DNA of 61,465 nucleotides from Casimicrobiaceae bacterium (GTDB lineage Bacteria > Pseudomonadota > Gammaproteobacteria > Burkholderiales > Casimicrobiaceae): NCBI GenBank assembly GCA_044225355.1, contig JBGAIS010000001.1, positions 1 through 61,465 of the forward strand, written 5' to 3'. The translations under genes were made by a program, and so were the position numbers. A model generated the notes under the pieces. That model was given only the letters and a program-made list of their open reading frames with translations, made no database searches and was not told where the DNA came from. This document shows, piece by piece, positions 58,991 through 61,465 of the stretch. Position 1 is the stretch's first letter. Every line of letters begins with the position of its first letter.

Positions 58991-59784
58991 CCACGGCCGT
59001 GCGCGGTGGCGGATTTTCGGGCGCCCATGCGCCTGCGCGGCGCCGCGCGATGCTCGCATTCGTGTCGATCGCGACGGTCCTCGTCGTGTGGACGTTCATG
59101 CACGCATTCGGCCTCGTGAACCCGGTTCTCATCCCTTCGCCGCTCGAGGTCGCCCGCGCGGCCGCCGCCTCGATCGCGGACGGCAGCTTGCCGCGCAACA
59201 CGCTCGCGAGCCTCCTGCGCGTGGTCGAAGGCTTTGCGGTAGCCATGGCCGTTGCGGTGCCCCTCGGCGCGCTCATGGGCATGTCGCGAACGCTCGAGGG
59301 CCTCGTCGAGCCCCTGATCGAGCTCCTCAGACCGGTTCCCCCCATTGCCTTCATTCCCCTGGCCATCCTGTGGTTCGGTATCGGCGAGGTGTCTAAGGTG
59401 ATGATCATTGCGTACGGCGCGTTCTTCCCGATCTTCGTCAACACGATGTCGGGGTTCCGCGATGTCGACCGCCTTCACCTGCGCGCCGCGCAGGCCCTCG
59501 GCGCGCACGGCTTCGAGCTCTTTCGCGACGTCATCCTGCCTTCGGCCTTCCCGCAGATCGTCACGGGCGCTCGCCTCGGCATGGCGATGGCCTTCATCGT
59601 TCTCGTCGCCGCGGAGCTCGTGGCCTCCAGCGAGGGGCTCGGCTACCTCATCAACGACGCACGCTTCAGCTTCCGTACCGATCAGATCTTCGTGGGCATC
59701 ATCACGATCGGCGTCCTGGGCTTCCTCCTCAACAAGGGGCTCCTGGAGGTCGAGCGTCGCCTGCTTCGATGGAAATCGCTGTGA
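58987..59784 (+). CDS. ABC permease, SsuC/TauC family
   Basis: LRPVPPIAFIPLAILWFG, LVAAELV, GLGYLI. Confidence 0.92.
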   Translation: MTTAVRGGGFSGAHAPARRRAMLAFVSIATVLVVWTFMHAFGLVNPVLIPSPLEVARAAAASIADGSLPRNTLASLLRVVEGFAVAMAVAVPLGALMGMSRTLEGLVEPLIELLRPVPPIAFIPLAILWFGIGEVSKVMIIAYGAFFPIFVNTMSGFRDVDRLHLRAAQALGAHGFELFRDVILPSAFPQIVTGARLGMAMAFIVLVAAELVASSEGLGYLINDARFSFRTDQIFVGIITIGVLGFLLNKGLLEVERRLLRWKSL

Positions 59785-59842
59785 TCCAAAATATCGACGC
59801 GGCACGCGCCGAACGCGCCGCGCGCAACGCTGGAGGCCCTCA

Positions 59843-60832
59843 ATGAAAAAGCATGCTCTCGTCATCCTCGCCGCGATCGCGTCGTTGCACGCACTTCCCG
59901 TGCTGGCGCAAACCAAGGTGACCGTCGGGACCGCGCGAGATCCCAACCTCGGTGCGCAAATCGTGATCGCGCGCGAGAAAGGCTTCTTCAAGGCCGCGGG
60001 CCTCGATGCCGACGTCAAGTACTTCCCGTCAGGAGGCGACCTAATGAGCGCGTTTGCGGGCGGGAGCGTGGCCTACGGCAGCGCCGGCGCGACGCCCGTC
60101 CTGACGGTGCGCTCTCGGCCGTTCCCCCTCATGATCGTCTCGCAGATCTCGGACATCTCGGGAGCGCAGCAGATCCTCGTGAAGAAGTCGGTGAAGTCGA
60201 TGGAGGACCTGCGCGGCAAGAAGATCGGCCTTCTGCGCGGGACTGCTTCGGAGGCGCTCTTCAACTCCGCCGCCAAGGCCTACAACTTCGATCCCGCCGC
60301 GTACCAGCTCGTCAACGAGGGTCCGGCGGAGATGATCACGACGTTCGTCCGCGGGGACGTCGATGCCGTCGTCCTGTGGGAACCGCACAGCACCAAGGCG
60401 CGCAAGCTGGGCGACGGCAAGACGCTCATCAGCGGAACGCACTCGTTCATGGGCGCGGCGCCTCTGGCGCGGCGCGTCTACGGTGACCACGCGGTGCTGT
60501 TCGCGAGCGAGAGCACGTTGAAGCAGCAGCCCGCCGTGACCAAGGCAGTGCTCTCGGCGTTGGACAAGGCCAACCAGTTCATGACGAGCAATCGCGCCGA
60601 GGCGGTGGCCATCCTCGCCAAGGAGTACGATCTCCCGCCGTCCGAGATGGAGGCGATCATGGACGTCAATCGCTATACGCTCCGGCTCGACGATGAGCTC
60701 GTGAGCGACATGAACAAGCTCGCGGATTTTCTCTATTCCCTCAAGCGCATTGCGAATCCGGTCAATATCCGCGACGCCATAGACGCCACCCCTCTCATGG
60801 AAGTCGCGCCGTCGCTCGTCCAGCTCAAGTAA
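59843..60832 (+). CDS. ABC substrate-binding protein, SsuA/TauA-like
   Basis: Signal peptide; EKGFF, FPSGGD, DLRGKKIG, LWEP. Confidence 0.88.
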   Translation: MKKHALVILAAIASLHALPVLAQTKVTVGTARDPNLGAQIVIAREKGFFKAAGLDADVKYFPSGGDLMSAFAGGSVAYGSAGATPVLTVRSRPFPLMIVSQISDISGAQQILVKKSVKSMEDLRGKKIGLLRGTASEALFNSAAKAYNFDPAAYQLVNEGPAEMITTFVRGDVDAVVLWEPHSTKARKLGDGKTLISGTHSFMGAAPLARRVYGDHAVLFASESTLKQQPAVTKAVLSALDKANQFMTSNRAEAVAILAKEYDLPPSEMEAIMDVNRYTLRLDDELVSDMNKLADFLYSLKRIANPVNIRDAIDATPLMEVAPSLVQLK

Positions 60833-60873
60833 CGGATTTCCCGCTCGCCGCGTCACGCCATCGAAGGCTACTC

Positions 60874-61465
60874 ATGAAAGAGGCATCGGTCTCCATCGCG
60901 CCCTCCGCTTCCGGTCACTCGGAGGTCAAGAACACCACCTGCTACATGTGCGCATGCCGCTGCGGCATCCGCGTGCACCTGCGCGACGGCAAGGTGCGCT
61001 ACATCGACGGCAACCCCGCGCATCCGCTCAACCAGGGCGTGATCTGCGCGAAGGGCGCGTCCGGCATCATGAAGCAGTACTCGCCGGCGCGGCTCACGAT
61101 GCCTTTGCGGCGCAAGCCCGGCAGCGACCGCGGCGCGGGCGAGTTCGAGGAGATCACGTGGGAGGAGGCGCTCTCGACGATCGAGACGCGACTCGCCGCG
61201 ATACGCGCCACCGATCCCAGGAAGTTCGCGCTCTTCACCGGCCGTGACCAGATGCAGGCGCTCACGGGGCTCTTCGCGCGTCAGTTCGGCACGCCCAATT
61301 ACGCGGCGCACGGCGGCTTCTGCTCGGTCAACATGGCCGCGGGGATGATCTACACCATCGGCGGCTCGTTCTGGGAGTTCGGCGGCCCTGACCTCGCGCG
61401 CGCGAAGCTCTTCGTGATGATCGGCACCGCCGAGGACCATCACAGCAACCCGCTCAAGATCGCCA
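60874..61465 (+). CDS. soeA: Molybdopterin oxidoreductase catalytic subunit, SoeA-type cytoplasmic sulfite dehydrogenase (5' part)
   Basis: TTCYMCACRCGIRVHLRDG...HPLNQGVICAKGASGIMKQYSPARL, FTGRDQMQAL, NYAAHGGFCSVNMAAG, GGSFWEFG; no Tat leader. Confidence 0.8.
   Translation, partial: MKEASVSIAPSASGHSEVKNTTCYMCACRCGIRVHLRDGKVRYIDGNPAHPLNQGVICAKGASGIMKQYSPARLTMPLRRKPGSDRGAGEFEEITWEEALSTIETRLAAIRATDPRKFALFTGRDQMQALTGLFARQFGTPNYAAHGGFCSVNMAAGMIYTIGGSFWEFGGPDLARAKLFVMIGTAEDHHSNPLKIA

Overview
Very GC-rich, betaproteobacterial-type chromosomal DNA. The tmRNA tag is ANDETYALAA, and the 'IEFYNASLRHYFLT' secreted-protein domain is of a kind I associate with Casimicrobiaceae-like lineages (an inference). 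Many genes carry frameshifts, probably long-read consensus errors. The left half (1-22.9 kb) holds a DUF1800/DUF1501 pair followed by a third gene whose N-terminal domain DNA is identical to DUF1800's, then housekeeping or ordinary genes (ggt, ndh, marC, yceI, mfd, EamA, manC, DUF4398/OmpA, a secreted Ntn hydrolase) and ssrA. An operon of orphan envelope proteins lies at 25-29 kb. The right half (about 30-61.5 kb) is a large, uncharacterised catabolic region. It has three SsuABC/TauABC-type ABC importers, two Bug/TctC proteins, CoA-activation enzymes (split ADP-forming ligase, fused class III CoA-transferase), hot-dog dehydratases, a crotonase lacking both catalytic Glu, an amidase, two lactonase-type hydrolases, SDR/ALDH/Fe-ADH and two GntR regulators, and it ends in a SoeA-type sulfite dehydrogenase. 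A palindrome (TCATTCGAATGA) sits just downstream of four sigma70 promoters and outlines a probable regulon. The best candidate for a new system is a CoA-dependent catabolic pathway, possibly for organosulfonates. All family assignments are by motif recognition only; no searches were run.
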